Part shown: positions 15,250-25,244 of the stretch, piece by piece
How the letters are laid out: the number at the start of each line of letters is the position of its first letter
Position numbering within the stretch: the stretch's first letter is position 1
IMG/VR virus record: IMGVR_UViG_3300032893_000039
Span: 1,820-65,819 of that record
DNA length: 64,000 bases
DNA from: a virus
Lineage: Duplodnaviria > Caudoviricetes
Reading direction: 5' to 3' (one strand)
Translations under genes and position numbers: made by a program
The notes under the pieces: generated by a model
What the model saw: the letters and a program-made list of their open reading frames with translations, nothing else
Told to the model about the DNA's origin: nothing
Databases searched by the model: none

Positions 15250-15663
15250 CCCCTTACCTCGCCCGACCCGCGCGGCGCTTCGTAGTAAGCAAAGAGGGTA
15301 TTGCCAGTTCCATACATCATCCACGGATCTACTCGCACCCTGAGCCTTCCTATCGCCTCGATGGGCCACACGGCTTTAGTAGTTCCCTTCCTTCTCACTA
15401 CCCCATTGACATAAATATGCCTCTAAAAGGCGATAAGAGCGTCGCTGGTGCGCGAAACGCCCTCTTCGCTACTACCATACCCTCCCGCCCCACTTCGCAA
15501 TTTGTCTACTATTTGTTCCTATAAAATGCATCGACATGCGAAATAGTGGTTGACACGCATACCCATACCATGCTCTTCATCCCCTCAAGGGCAAGCGGTG
15601 CCCTTGGCTCTTTGACAAGTGAACCAGCTACTATCCTTTCCTCTTTCTCATTGTGAGGTAATT

Positions 15664-15897
15664 ATGTATCAGTGTGCAAATCTCGCTGCCAAATTTGTGG
15701 AGCGTGCAGAATTCCACGGTCTCAAAGGCAAGAAGCGTGACGACGAGGCAATTGCCTACTTCTGTGGTGCCGCGCAAGTTACCGAATTCACCGGCCCACT
15801 ATCCCTTCATGAAGAACTGCTGCGTGTCCTTACACTCAAGATCTGCACACGCGGCTACAAAGCCGTTCAAGAGATAGCTAACACTCTCACAAAGTAA
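15664..15897 (+). CDS. hypothetical protein
   Basis: GAGG SD before ATG 15664; terminator after. Confidence 0.6.
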   Translation: MYQCANLAAKFVERAEFHGLKGKKRDDEAIAYFCGAAQVTEFTGPLSLHEELLRVLTLKICTRGYKAVQEIANTLTK

Positions 15898-15900
15898 TCC

Positions 15901-15934
15901 AGTGTCGGGACCGAACATCCCGACACTATTTCTT
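15901..15934 (+). terminator. intrinsic terminator
   Basis: AGTGTCGGGA-N7-TCCCGACACT-ATTTCTT. Confidence 0.65.
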
Positions 15935-16226
15935 CCTCTCCGCACAAAAAAGAAATGTCAAATTGAAGTAAAGAAAGACCCCACCTTGGGGACATACCCT
16001 CCGGGTAGTAGGAATTGCGTATAGGGTACTTCCCCTGTCCCAGGTACTTTTCTGTGGCCCATTATTAAGTACTATTGAAAATAATTCAAGAGAAAGATAA
16101 ATCGTGCCCGGCCTAATTTTCAACTACTATGCATTCACTTCCGGCCCAGGCCCGCGCCCCCACGTTGAGGCCCACTTACGCCCACTACGTATAGACAAGA
16201 AAGCCCTACCGACCCACCATATATAG

Positions 16227-16255
16227 TTGCTTCGCGCGCCCGCACGCGATATACT
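16227..16255 (+). promoter_or_regulatory. putative promoter giving a leaderless transcript for the packaging operon
   Basis: TTGCTT-N17-TATACT, 6 nt upstream of ATG 16262; no SD. Confidence 0.6.
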
Positions 16256-16261
16256 ATATCC

Positions 16262-16939
16262 ATGAATGGCTCTGACTTGACTACTATCCTCAACGCTAAA
16301 ATCTCCCCGGCCCGAGGTGGCAGAAAGCCTTCGGCACCTTTAACTATTGGTGAGCCACGAGAACTAACAGCGGCGGATTTAGAAGAACTAATAAATCCCT
16401 CAGAGCTTAACTCTGCTCCCAGTCCCCTCCAACGCATTCGTAGTACCCATCATCGCCTCGCGCAACTCGTAGCTGAAGGTCGTAAGGGAACAGAAATTTC
16501 CCTTATCATGGGTTACTCCCAATCTCGCATTTCCATTCTCCAAAACGATCCCGCCTTTCAAGAACTAGTCGCCTTCTATAAAAATCAGCAGGCGGCTGTT
16601 TTTCTTAACGTGCAAGAGCGTCTTGCAGACTTAGGCATGGCTGCGACGGAGGAACTACGCGAGCGTCTGGAAGAAGATCCAAGCCAATTCACCCACCGCG
16701 ATTTGATGGAACTGCAAAAAACCACTTTCGACCGCAGCATCGCGCCGCCCAAAGTTACCCAAAATCCCGCTGAGAATATGTTGGCGCGCATTTTAGTAAT
16801 GAGCGACGATGAGCGCCGCGCCGAGGCGAGCAATGTACTGCGCAAAATCGAACAACTTGTTGACCGCTCCAGTGAGCCAGAAATGGTAACTATTAACGGA
16901 GTTGCCACAAATGTTACTGATAACATTGTTGATAGTTAA
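16262..16939 (+). CDS. putative terminase small subunit (HTH)
   Basis: HTH-like HRLAQLVAEGRKGTEISLIMGYSQSRISILQNDPAF; position upstream of TerL. Confidence 0.6.
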   Translation: MNGSDLTTILNAKISPARGGRKPSAPLTIGEPRELTAADLEELINPSELNSAPSPLQRIRSTHHRLAQLVAEGRKGTEISLIMGYSQSRISILQNDPAFQELVAFYKNQQAAVFLNVQERLADLGMAATEELRERLEEDPSQFTHRDLMELQKTTFDRSIAPPKVTQNPAENMLARILVMSDDERRAEASNVLRKIEQLVDRSSEPEMVTINGVATNVTDNIVDS

Positions 16940-17031
16940 TCTATCATGTCTTTGCCTGTCAATTTATGTAGGCAAATCTGTGCCTAGCAGTTCTAGGTAA
17001 GGGTAGAGATACCCACTTTAGGAGAACTAGT

Positions 17032-17355
17032 ATGTATCTTAAACTTATGTCTTGTGATGATGCTGCCGATCATGATTCTCGTAAAAGATTTCAACTCTTT
17101 GATGAAGTTTCTTCGGTAGAGTTTGAAAGGTACTGGGACAGTACTTGGGATAACATTGCTAAAGATAGACCAAGAGATGCACGTTATACCTATCCTGCTG
17201 TTAGAGTAACTTTCAAAGATGGCACGGTTGAAACTATTTGTATGCAAGGTAATGCATATGTTTTAAGTGATTCTGGAAAAACAATTTCCAGTTATGCTTA
17301 TGAAGAACTTCCTAGAAGTATTGAACCTCAGTTAGATAAAACTGAAGGTGAATAA
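17032..17355 (+). CDS. hypothetical protein
   Basis: AGGAG SD; AT-rich gene between terS and terL. Confidence 0.65.
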   Translation: MYLKLMSCDDAADHDSRKRFQLFDEVSSVEFERYWDSTWDNIAKDRPRDARYTYPAVRVTFKDGTVETICMQGNAYVLSDSGKTISSYAYEELPRSIEPQLDKTEGE

Positions 17356-17374
17356 ATAGTGTGGCGCCGCAATT

Positions 17375-18148
17375 ATGTCTCTTCCTATCGAATTTCTCAA
17401 CCTTACAGAAGATCAAATTGCGGCGCTTCCACCTTTGGAACTGGCGAAGCTCTTAGCGGTTATTGAGGCAGAGCAGAAGATACAAAGTCAGACACTTCTG
17501 TATCGTCTCTTTCCAGAAACTGGTCCACTTTCTCGTCACAAGTATCCAAAGCATATGGAGTTTTTCAAGGCTGGAGCTTTACACCAAGAAAGAGCCTTTA
17601 TTGCCGCAAATCGCATTGGTAAAACAATGGCCGCTTGTTATGAACTTACTTGTCATATGACGGGCTTCTATCCAAAATGGTGGGAGGGTCGGCGCTTTTA
17701 CGAAGGTAATACAGCTTGGGCCAGTGGTGAAGACAGTAAGGCAGTACGTGAAAGTCTTCAACAGACCCTCCTAGGAAAGCCCGGCGAACCTGGAACTGGT
17801 CTAATTCCCGCTGATAATATCATAAACATCACTCCCCGCAGCGGCGTGCCTGATGCAGTAGATACAGTAAGTGTAAAGCATTGCTCTGGTGGAACGTGGC
17901 GCTTAGTTTTCAAGTCCTATGACCAAGGCCGAGAAAGCTTTCAGGCTTCCAAGGTTGGCGTAGTTCTCTTCGACGAAGAACCGCCGCAGCCAATTTATAC
18001 TGAAGGTCTTACTCGTACTATGTCCACCCACCCCGGCGAGCCCTCTGGATTAGTACTTTGTACCTTCACTCCCCTAAAGGGTCTGAGTGGAGTAGTACTT
18101 AGCTACATGCCGGGCGGCCAGAGATTAGAAGGGGCACTTCCAAATTAG
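17375..18148 (+). CDS. terL: terminase large subunit, ATPase part
   Basis: AANRIGKT Walker A, FKSYDQGRESFQ, VLFDEEPP Walker B, TFTPLKG coupling motif. Confidence 0.92.
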   Translation: MSLPIEFLNLTEDQIAALPPLELAKLLAVIEAEQKIQSQTLLYRLFPETGPLSRHKYPKHMEFFKAGALHQERAFIAANRIGKTMAACYELTCHMTGFYPKWWEGRRFYEGNTAWASGEDSKAVRESLQQTLLGKPGEPGTGLIPADNIINITPRSGVPDAVDTVSVKHCSGGTWRLVFKSYDQGRESFQASKVGVVLFDEEPPQPIYTEGLTRTMSTHPGEPSGLVLCTFTPLKGLSGVVLSYMPGGQRLEGALPN

Positions 18149-18932
18149 TAAATATGTTGTCTTCGCTACTTGGGATGATGTGCCACATCTATCAGAAGAT
18201 GCGAAGGCTTCGCTTGTTTCTTCGTATATGCCAAATGAGCGCGCGGCCCGAACAAAAGGTATTCCGTCACTCGGCGCGGGCGCAATCTACCCAGTAGAAG
18301 AAGATGACATTACTTGCGAGCCCTTTATCATCCCAGCCTATTATAAACACGTCTACGGTCTTGACGTAGGTTGGAACCGTACTGCTGCGATTTGGGGTGC
18401 ATTAGACACTGAAACTGACATTCTTTATCTCTACTCTGAATATTATCGAGGCGAAGCTGAGCCCCCAATTCACGCAGAGGCTATCAAAACTAGAGGTAAA
18501 TGGATTCCAGGGGTAATTGACCCTGCCTCCCGTGGCCGAGGTCAAGGTGATGGTAGTAGGCTTCTATTTTCCTATCAGGAACTCGGTCTTAATCTAGTTT
18601 CCGCCTCCAACGCTGTTGATGATGGTATCTATCGCATTTGGACCCGCCTTTCCACCGGACGCCTAAAGGTTTTTTCTTCTTGCACTAACTGGCTTGCTGA
18701 ATATCGAATCTATCGTCGAGATGAGAAGGGTAAGATTGTTAAAAGCAATGACCATTTAATGGATGCGACAAGATATCTTATTAACTCTGGCCTTCCTCTC
18801 GCCAGCCTTCGCCCCTACGATGAATGGGCCGGGCGTCCCGGAGCCCTCCCACGCTCCAGAATTAACAAGATGAAAGTTGACTACGACCCCTATCCCGACC
18901 CGACGGCCCATCTTAGTAATACTATTCATTGA
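18144..18932 (+). CDS. terL: terminase large subunit, RNase H-like nuclease part (separate reading frame; start uncertain)
   Basis: Frame open from 18129 (..ISKYVVFATWDDVPHL); GLDVGWNRTA, IDPASRG, DHLMDATRY. Confidence 0.88.
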   Translation: MSKYVVFATWDDVPHLSEDAKASLVSSYMPNERAARTKGIPSLGAGAIYPVEEDDITCEPFIIPAYYKHVYGLDVGWNRTAAIWGALDTETDILYLYSEYYRGEAEPPIHAEAIKTRGKWIPGVIDPASRGRGQGDGSRLLFSYQELGLNLVSASNAVDDGIYRIWTRLSTGRLKVFSSCTNWLAEYRIYRRDEKGKIVKSNDHLMDATRYLINSGLPLASLRPYDEWAGRPGALPRSRINKMKVDYDPYPDPTAHLSNTIH

Positions 18933-19070
18933 GGATAAAATGTCTACGATAACAACAACTATTCCAGGCTATTGGGCATATGGTTTCTATCGAGACTATC
19001 TTGATGGTGGTAGATATAAATCATATAGATATTTTGTTTCATTTATATATCCAGTAGTAATATAAACATC

Positions 19071-19283
19071 ATGTCATTTCTAGCCCCTAAAATGCCATCT
19101 GCGCCTGCCGCGCCTCCACCACCTCCAATTCCGCCTACCCTCGCCGGTACTGGTGATGCTGGCGCTGCCGCCCGCGCCGCTGCTGCTACTGCCGGTGGAG
19201 CTGGTTTTGATAACACTCTCTTTACTTCACCACAAGGGGCCGCCGCGCCGCCTACGGCTCAGAAAACTTTGTTGGGGCAATAG
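19071..19283 (+). CDS. small Pro/Ala-rich virion-associated protein
   Basis: Typical pre-portal gene ending KTLLGQ. Confidence 0.65.
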   Translation: MSFLAPKMPSAPAAPPPPPIPPTLAGTGDAGAAARAAAATAGGAGFDNTLFTSPQGAAAPPTAQKTLLGQ

Positions 19284-19288
19284 TATCA

Positions 19289-21136
19289 ATGTACCCCGCT
19301 GCCAAATCAACTCCTGACAAAAATAACACTCCCATATACGAAAGTATGGGGCCGACACTTCTTTCCCTAGTACCCCCTACCCCTGAAAAAGAAGCCGAGC
19401 CAAATGAAGATTGGCCTACTATTTACCAACACCTCAACACTCGACAAAACGCTATGCGTAGTTGGCGCTGGTCTTGGTGGGCGCATTGGAATGTCCTTGC
19501 CGAATACATTCTTCCCCGCCGTCACCACTGGGTAATTGTCGCCAATCGCATGTGGAAAGGCGGGCAAATAAATAATCAAATTATCGATAGTAATGCCACT
19601 CTCGCCATGCAAATCTGTGCGGCTGGCCTTTGGTCTGGACTTACTTCCCCATCCCGTCCTTGGTTCAAACTCGGCATTGCCCTTCCATGGATTCAATTAG
19701 ACGAAGACGGCAAGGCGTGGTTAGAAGATACTGAACAGAAAATCTACACAGTACTAGGCCAAAGCAACTTCTATACCACCATGGCACAAATGTTCCAAGA
19801 CGTAGCAACCTTTGGAACGTCACCCTTTATTATCTATGAAGACCATGAAGACGTGATCCGTCTCTACTTGCCCTGCGTCGGTGAATTTTTTCTTGCCGTT
19901 GGCGCGCGCAATTCCGTCGATGTCTTTTCCCGCGAATTCGTCATGACAGTTGCAGCTATAGTGGAAATGTTTGGTCTAGAAAACGTACCAGCGGCAATAC
20001 AAGTCGCTTGGGAAACTGGTGGAGGTAGTCTAGAAACTGAATTCATTGTTTGTCATACCATTGAGCCCAACTTCCCCCTCGCCGGTCGCGGCACCAAAAA
20101 AGGCACCAAAGTAAACCCCCTCCCTGGCACCTTCACTTTCCGTGAATTCTACTGGCTCAAGGGCGACATCGGAGTAAAGGAACTCTCCCGCAAAGGCTTC
20201 AATGAACGTCCCTTCATGGCGGCGCGGTGGTCAACAGTTAGTAATGACCCCTACGGTCGCAGCCCAGGTATGGACGCGCTCGGCGATGTCCGCCAAGTAC
20301 AGCAAGAGACGCGCCGTAAAGGTGAATTCATAGAAAAGGGCGTCCGTCCCCCGATGGGCGCGCACCCTTCACTAAAGAACGAACCCGCCTCGATCCGCCC
20401 CGGCGAAATCACCTACGTCTCCTCCACTGACGGTAAAGCTGGCTTCTTTCCCCTTTTCGAGCCCAACTCTAACTGGCTCCCCCACATTACCGCCGACATA
20501 GACAAGGTAAACGCCCGTGTTGATAGATGCTTTTTCGTTGATATTTTCATGGCAATTAGCCGCATGGAAGGCGTACAACCTCGCAATGAGCTTGAGCTTA
20601 CAAAGAGGGATCTGGAACGCCTTCAAGTTCTCGGCCCCTTTATCCACATGTTCGAGACCGAAGTCGCCGGACCAGCAATCCAACGAGTACTTGCCATTTT
20701 AACCCGGCGCGGCCTCCTCCAACCAAAACCCCAAAGCCTCAATAAAGTTCCACTCAAATTAGTATATACCTCAATAATGAAACTTGCCCAGCGCGCCGCC
20801 GAAAGTGTTGCGCTCAAAGATGTACTAACAACCGGGGCTGAACTTACTGAGGCTGCACAGACTGCGGGGCTTCCAAGCCCACTACGTATAATAAATCTTG
20901 ACGAGGCCATGCGAGAATATGTAGAATATGCCAACGCCAACCCCAAGATATTGTATACGGTCGAGGAGGTCCAAAAGCAGGATCAGGCGAAAGCGCAGCA
21001 GACGCAGCAGCAACAGGATGTGGCCCACTCTATGGCCGCTGTCCAAGCTGCCCAAGCCCTCGGTAACGCCAAAACTACTCCCGACACAGCCTTGGGCCTA
21101 CTTACCGGCAGTAGTACTACAGGAGTGGCGGCGTAA
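19289..21136 (+). CDS. portal / head-tail connector protein (T7/BPP-1 type)
   Basis: GLTSPSRPWFKL, ARW...YGRSPGMDALGD, ERLQVLGP; 615 aa after TerL. Confidence 0.92.
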   Translation: MYPAAKSTPDKNNTPIYESMGPTLLSLVPPTPEKEAEPNEDWPTIYQHLNTRQNAMRSWRWSWWAHWNVLAEYILPRRHHWVIVANRMWKGGQINNQIIDSNATLAMQICAAGLWSGLTSPSRPWFKLGIALPWIQLDEDGKAWLEDTEQKIYTVLGQSNFYTTMAQMFQDVATFGTSPFIIYEDHEDVIRLYLPCVGEFFLAVGARNSVDVFSREFVMTVAAIVEMFGLENVPAAIQVAWETGGGSLETEFIVCHTIEPNFPLAGRGTKKGTKVNPLPGTFTFREFYWLKGDIGVKELSRKGFNERPFMAARWSTVSNDPYGRSPGMDALGDVRQVQQETRRKGEFIEKGVRPPMGAHPSLKNEPASIRPGEITYVSSTDGKAGFFPLFEPNSNWLPHITADIDKVNARVDRCFFVDIFMAISRMEGVQPRNELELTKRDLERLQVLGPFIHMFETEVAGPAIQRVLAILTRRGLLQPKPQSLNKVPLKLVYTSIMKLAQRAAESVALKDVLTTGAELTEAAQTAGLPSPLRIINLDEAMREYVEYANANPKILYTVEEVQKQDQAKAQQTQQQQDVAHSMAAVQAAQALGNAKTTPDTALGLLTGSSTTGVAA

Positions 21137-21609
21137 TGCTTAATTATACTGAACAGGAACTCTTACAGTCTCTCAAAGATAACCTCCACCTTGCTGCCGA
21201 AGACTGCGACAAGATCGCCATTCACCCCTTCCGCGGCTTTGTTTATGACAGCATGCGAAAGAAACTAAAAGAGATCGAAAAGCTCTGCAACCAAGTAGGA
21301 AAGTACCGCGACGGCGACTGCCGCTGGTTTCCAATTGGAATTGCAATGAATCAAGTTCATGAAAAGTGTGGCTACTGGCTGCGCAATACTTCTTCCAAAG
21401 ACGCCCGCGCCCAGGCCATTCCGCTTTTCCAAAAGCTTGCCGAAAATCTTCGAGCCCTTCATTATCAAATTTTGGAACTAGAATATAAGCGTACCGGCCA
21501 CATCGGGCCGATTCTTCCAAAAGTAAAAGAAGCGCCCCACCGGCAGAATAAACCAGTAGTAGTAAAGCGGCCCTCTGGCCTAATTATTCCTAACGGAGTC
21601 ATAGTATAA
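21136..21609 (+). CDS. hypothetical protein
   Basis: Coupled start/stop in the head operon. Confidence 0.65.
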   Translation: MLNYTEQELLQSLKDNLHLAAEDCDKIAIHPFRGFVYDSMRKKLKEIEKLCNQVGKYRDGDCRWFPIGIAMNQVHEKCGYWLRNTSSKDARAQAIPLFQKLAENLRALHYQILELEYKRTGHIGPILPKVKEAPHRQNKPVVVKRPSGLIIPNGVIV

Positions 21610-22010
21610 TGATTCCCGAAGAGGAAGAAGAAGTCGTAGAGGAACTAATAGAAGCAGTTTCCCCTAACGACAACGCGGCAGATGGTAAGAAAGTAGCCCA
21701 GCGCCGTCAGAAACTAAAAACTGCCGAAAAGCAAGAAGTAGAATTTTGGCGTCAGGCAATGAGTAGTGAAATTGGCCGGCGCGCCATTTGGAAACTACTA
21801 GCACAGGCCAATACCTTCGAGCAACGCTTCGCCTGTGGTCCAAACGGTTTCCCTCAAGTAGAAGCCACATGGTTCCAAGCCGGTGAACAAAGTTTTGGCT
21901 TACGCCTCTACCACATGCTGGCCCGCAACGATCGTATTTTATTGCTAAAAATGCACGACGAAAACGATCCTTACTACTCAATAAATAAAAATCCCAAGGA
22001 TATTAATTAA
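21609..22010 (+). CDS. Bbp19-like head-associated protein
   Basis: MSSEIGRRAIWKLL...TWFQAGEQSFGL pattern; position between portal and scaffold. Confidence 0.65.
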   Translation: MIPEEEEEVVEELIEAVSPNDNAADGKKVAQRRQKLKTAEKQEVEFWRQAMSSEIGRRAIWKLLAQANTFEQRFACGPNGFPQVEATWFQAGEQSFGLRLYHMLARNDRILLLKMHDENDPYYSINKNPKDIN

Positions 22011-22819
22011 TGTCTGTTAAAGAAACACCCCTTCCCGAAGTAGCGGCAGCCGCCGAAGTTACTCCTGAACCCGCTCCGAAGCCTTTTGAGCATACGGACG
22101 TACCTTCTCTTTTAGCCATTGGGGATAAGGAAACTCCAAAGCCTGAGGCAGAAGTAAAGACAGAGGTAACTGAAACTCCTGCCGTTACACCCGCCCCGGA
22201 GGTGAAAGTAGAAGGGGATGAGAAGAAAGAAGAGGTGAAGGTTGAGGGCGACAAGAAGCCAGAAGAACCCAAGCCCGAGACCGAAGTCAAAGTAGAAGAG
22301 CCTGCCACCCCTGTTGAATACAAGTTTACTCCTCCCGAAGGAATTACTATTGACGAGGCCCGGCTCGCCCCATACGTTGACATTCTCAAAACCAACAACA
22401 TCTCCCCCGAAGTCGGCCAGAAACTCTTTGACCTCCATGCCCAGGCAATTAAAGAATACGACACCTCCACCCTCGAAGCCCAACACCGTGCCTTTGCCGA
22501 TGTCCGCAAAGAATGGCAGGGCAAAATAATGTCCGACCCCGAACTTGGCGGCAGCGGCTTCAAGACAGTAGAAGGTGCCGTAGCCCGTATGCGGGATAAA
22601 TTTGTACCAGCAAAGCACCACCAAGAATTTAATGACTTTCTCAATACTACAGGCGCGGGCGAACACCCGGCCCTTTGGCGACTCCTCTGGAACGTAGCCA
22701 AAGCCTTCGATGAGCCCGCTTCTACTCCGGCAGGTGGCAGTCCGCCGCCTAACCACGGTAAGCCTCCGAGCCGGAAAGGCATGAAAGCCCTGTATACTAA
22801 CACATCAAACAATTCTTAG
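22010..22819 (+). CDS. capsid scaffolding/assembly protein
   Basis: E/P/K-rich N-terminus, YKFTPPEG, TGAGEHPALWR; immediately before MCP. Confidence 0.75.
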   Translation: MSVKETPLPEVAAAAEVTPEPAPKPFEHTDVPSLLAIGDKETPKPEAEVKTEVTETPAVTPAPEVKVEGDEKKEEVKVEGDKKPEEPKPETEVKVEEPATPVEYKFTPPEGITIDEARLAPYVDILKTNNISPEVGQKLFDLHAQAIKEYDTSTLEAQHRAFADVRKEWQGKIMSDPELGGSGFKTVEGAVARMRDKFVPAKHHQEFNDFLNTTGAGEHPALWRLLWNVAKAFDEPASTPAGGSPPPNHGKPPSRKGMKALYTNTSNNS

Positions 22820-22831
22820 GAGTGAAATATT

Positions 22832-23878
22832 ATGGCAACTGGTTCCTGGCCTACTATGGTCGATGTGGCTAATCGCCTCGATCCTGAAGGTAATATTCCG
22901 ACGATTGCTGAAATGCTTTCTCAGTGTAACGACATGACCGACGATCTACCGATGGTAGAGGCCAACGAGCGCACTGGTCATGAATTCGTCTTCCGTACCT
23001 CCATTCCGACCGGCTCTTGGGTAAGTTACTACCAAGGCACGCCTTACGGCAAATCCACCACTGCCAAGTCCCGCGTTGGCATCGGTACTCTCCGTGACTA
23101 CTCTCAGGTTGACCGTCTTCTTGCGGAAGATAGCGGTGACCCTGAGAAGTTCCGTATGTCCGAAGACGTTGCCTTCCTTGAAGGTATGTCTCAGACTATT
23201 GCAGAAACCTATGTCTATGGTAATACCGTTAGCCTTCCCACACAATTCATGGGGCTCGCGCCTTTTTATAACACCGTCTCTACCTCTACCGCTCAAAACG
23301 CTGCCAACGTAATTGACGGCGGTGGCACTGGTTCTAGTAACTCCTCCCTCTGGCTCATTGGCTGGTCGCCGGAAACTATCTTCGGCATCTTCCCCCGCCA
23401 GTCTCGCGCCGGTCTCTTCTCTGAAGATAAAGGCACCGTCACTCCCGGCTTCGATTCTGTTGGTAATCGCTTCGAAGCTTATACTATCCTCTTCGAGCAG
23501 CGCGCCGGTTTGTGCCCGAAAGATTGGCGATATGGCGTTCGGCTTGCCAACCTCGATGTAACTTCTGCTGGTCTCGCCGGCTCCAACGCCGCTGACCTCT
23601 TCTCACTCATGGACCAGATGCTTCTTCTCTTTCCCAAATTGACGAAGACTACTTCTGGTGTAGTAAAGTCCGATGCGCCCGACGACCCGGCGCAGGGCGT
23701 CCGTCCCGTCTTCTACTGCAACCGTACCATCCGTCACTGGATGAACGTCCAAGCCATCCGCAATCGTAACGTCCTCCTCTCCATTAACGATTACGATGGC
23801 CGTGTAGTAGATTCCTACCGTGGCATTCCGATCAAAATCGTTGACCAGATCGTCAACACTGAATCTCGCGTGGTTTAA
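22832..23878 (+). CDS. major capsid protein (BPP-1/epsilon15-type HK97 fold)
   Basis: IAEMLSQCN, AFLEGMSQ, YGNT...FMGLAP, DWRYGVRLANLD, GIPIKIVDQIVNTESRV; strong codon bias. Confidence 0.92.
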   Translation: MATGSWPTMVDVANRLDPEGNIPTIAEMLSQCNDMTDDLPMVEANERTGHEFVFRTSIPTGSWVSYYQGTPYGKSTTAKSRVGIGTLRDYSQVDRLLAEDSGDPEKFRMSEDVAFLEGMSQTIAETYVYGNTVSLPTQFMGLAPFYNTVSTSTAQNAANVIDGGGTGSSNSSLWLIGWSPETIFGIFPRQSRAGLFSEDKGTVTPGFDSVGNRFEAYTILFEQRAGLCPKDWRYGVRLANLDVTSAGLAGSNAADLFSLMDQMLLLFPKLTKTTSGVVKSDAPDDPAQGVRPVFYCNRTIRHWMNVQAIRNRNVLLSINDYDGRVVDSYRGIPIKIVDQIVNTESRVV

Positions 23879-23914
23879 CGGGCGCTGCCCTCTAGTAAAG
23901 GAATTCCCCCAATT

Positions 23915-24463
23915 ATGATGACAGACTCCCAACTTAACTTCGTGCCGGTCGGCAGCAATCTTAGCTGTGTCGGTGCAACCGGGGCGAGCTTCCCCGGCCC
24001 TGTAGTTATCGACCTTCTCGGTAGTGGCGTCGGCACCGCGCCGCAGAATTTTATTGGTACTCGCACCCTCTTCGGTGAAGATCCTTCGATCGGTGGTATC
24101 AAGATCCAAATCGAGGCCATCGTCGGTACTGCCTTTGTCAACAGCACTGGTACTCCTACCCTCAACATGCAGTTCCAGGGTGCTCCTGATACTGGCTCTG
24201 GCGGTAGTTATCTTCCAGGCACGTATACTACCTATGCTGAAACCGGCCCCATTTCTACTGCCAATCTAACCGCCGGCCAAGTAATTCGCCTCGACTGGCC
24301 CGCCGTTTTCCCTGAAGGTGCTACTCTTCCTCGCTACCTTCAGCTCAATTTTGCCACCCCTTCCGGCACTAACTATTCTGCTGGCACTATCAACTCCGCT
24401 ATCACCACCATGGTCCGCGACGACCAAACCAATAAGTTCGCCGCTAAGAACTTCACTGTCTAG
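23915..24463 (+). CDS. Bbp16-like capsid cement/decoration protein
   Basis: MMTDSQLNF start, PRYLQLNF, AGTINSAI; directly after MCP. Confidence 0.7.
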   Translation: MMTDSQLNFVPVGSNLSCVGATGASFPGPVVIDLLGSGVGTAPQNFIGTRTLFGEDPSIGGIKIQIEAIVGTAFVNSTGTPTLNMQFQGAPDTGSGGSYLPGTYTTYAETGPISTANLTAGQVIRLDWPAVFPEGATLPRYLQLNFATPSGTNYSAGTINSAITTMVRDDQTNKFAAKNFTV

Positions 24464-24476
24464 TAGGAACAAAACA

Positions 24477-25241
24477 ATGGCTGAATCTAAAGAAAAAAGT
24501 CCTGTAATTGGGCCGCCGGAATCTAAAGAAGTTCCGATTACCCAAACGCCGGAATTCAAATCGGCAGTAGCGGATGCAATTAAAGAAGCTCTTGCTGGCT
24601 TAGTTCCACAGGTTGCAACTACTACTTCTACTAACGACGCTTACAGTCTTATGGAAACTTTGGCGATGCGGATTGCACAGCTTTCCGATCAGGGTATGCC
24701 TGAGGAGCGGAAGCGCATTGATCCCGCAGAACTTGAGCGCCGCGAACAAGCTCGGCAGGCCATGGGTGCAGCCATCATGGAATGTCGCGCTCGCGGCTAC
24801 AAACCCCAATACCGTGCTACTAATAAATCCGTTCTCAACGAAACCATGATTAACCCTTACTATCGTGGCAAGGACGGCGCGATGGTTCCGGTTACTTTCG
24901 GCTGGGACGGTGAGCCCAATGACTGTATGTATCCGCTTTGCGAAGATGCGGTAAAGATCTTCAAGCTCTTTAAAGAAAGTCGTGGTCACTATTCTGCCGC
25001 GCCCACCCCAAAAACTTCCGCTTGGGCCACGGCGGGCGGTCTCATCATCAACAGTGCCGGCCCTCGCTCAGCCAAAGAAATTGACGTTCCTCATTGGAAT
25101 GAAGATCCCAACGCCGAGCGCTTCAACTCTGGCCTTGACCTCCAACTCCCCAATGATCCCAACGCCAAAGAAGTACGTATCCTCGGCACCATAGCCAAAC
25201 CCGCTGTCCAAAACGCTATCGGCGAAGAAGGAAGGGTATAG
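24477..25241 (+). CDS. hypothetical structural-region protein
   Basis: AGGA SD before ATG 24477. Confidence 0.65.
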   Translation: MAESKEKSPVIGPPESKEVPITQTPEFKSAVADAIKEALAGLVPQVATTTSTNDAYSLMETLAMRIAQLSDQGMPEERKRIDPAELERREQARQAMGAAIMECRARGYKPQYRATNKSVLNETMINPYYRGKDGAMVPVTFGWDGEPNDCMYPLCEDAVKIFKLFKESRGHYSAAPTPKTSAWATAGGLIINSAGPRSAKEIDVPHWNEDPNAERFNSGLDLQLPNDPNAKEVRILGTIAKPAVQNAIGEEGRV

Positions 25242-25244
25242 TAA

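Noticed and set aside
18146-18148. Amber readthrough or recoded TAG joining the TerL parts
   Set aside because: The nuclease part is in a different frame and TAG is followed immediately by an in-frame TAA; TAG ends other genes normally
22003-22812. Long antisense ORFs (here and opposite other structural genes)
   Set aside because: Shadows of codon-biased sense genes; no SD or recognisable motifs
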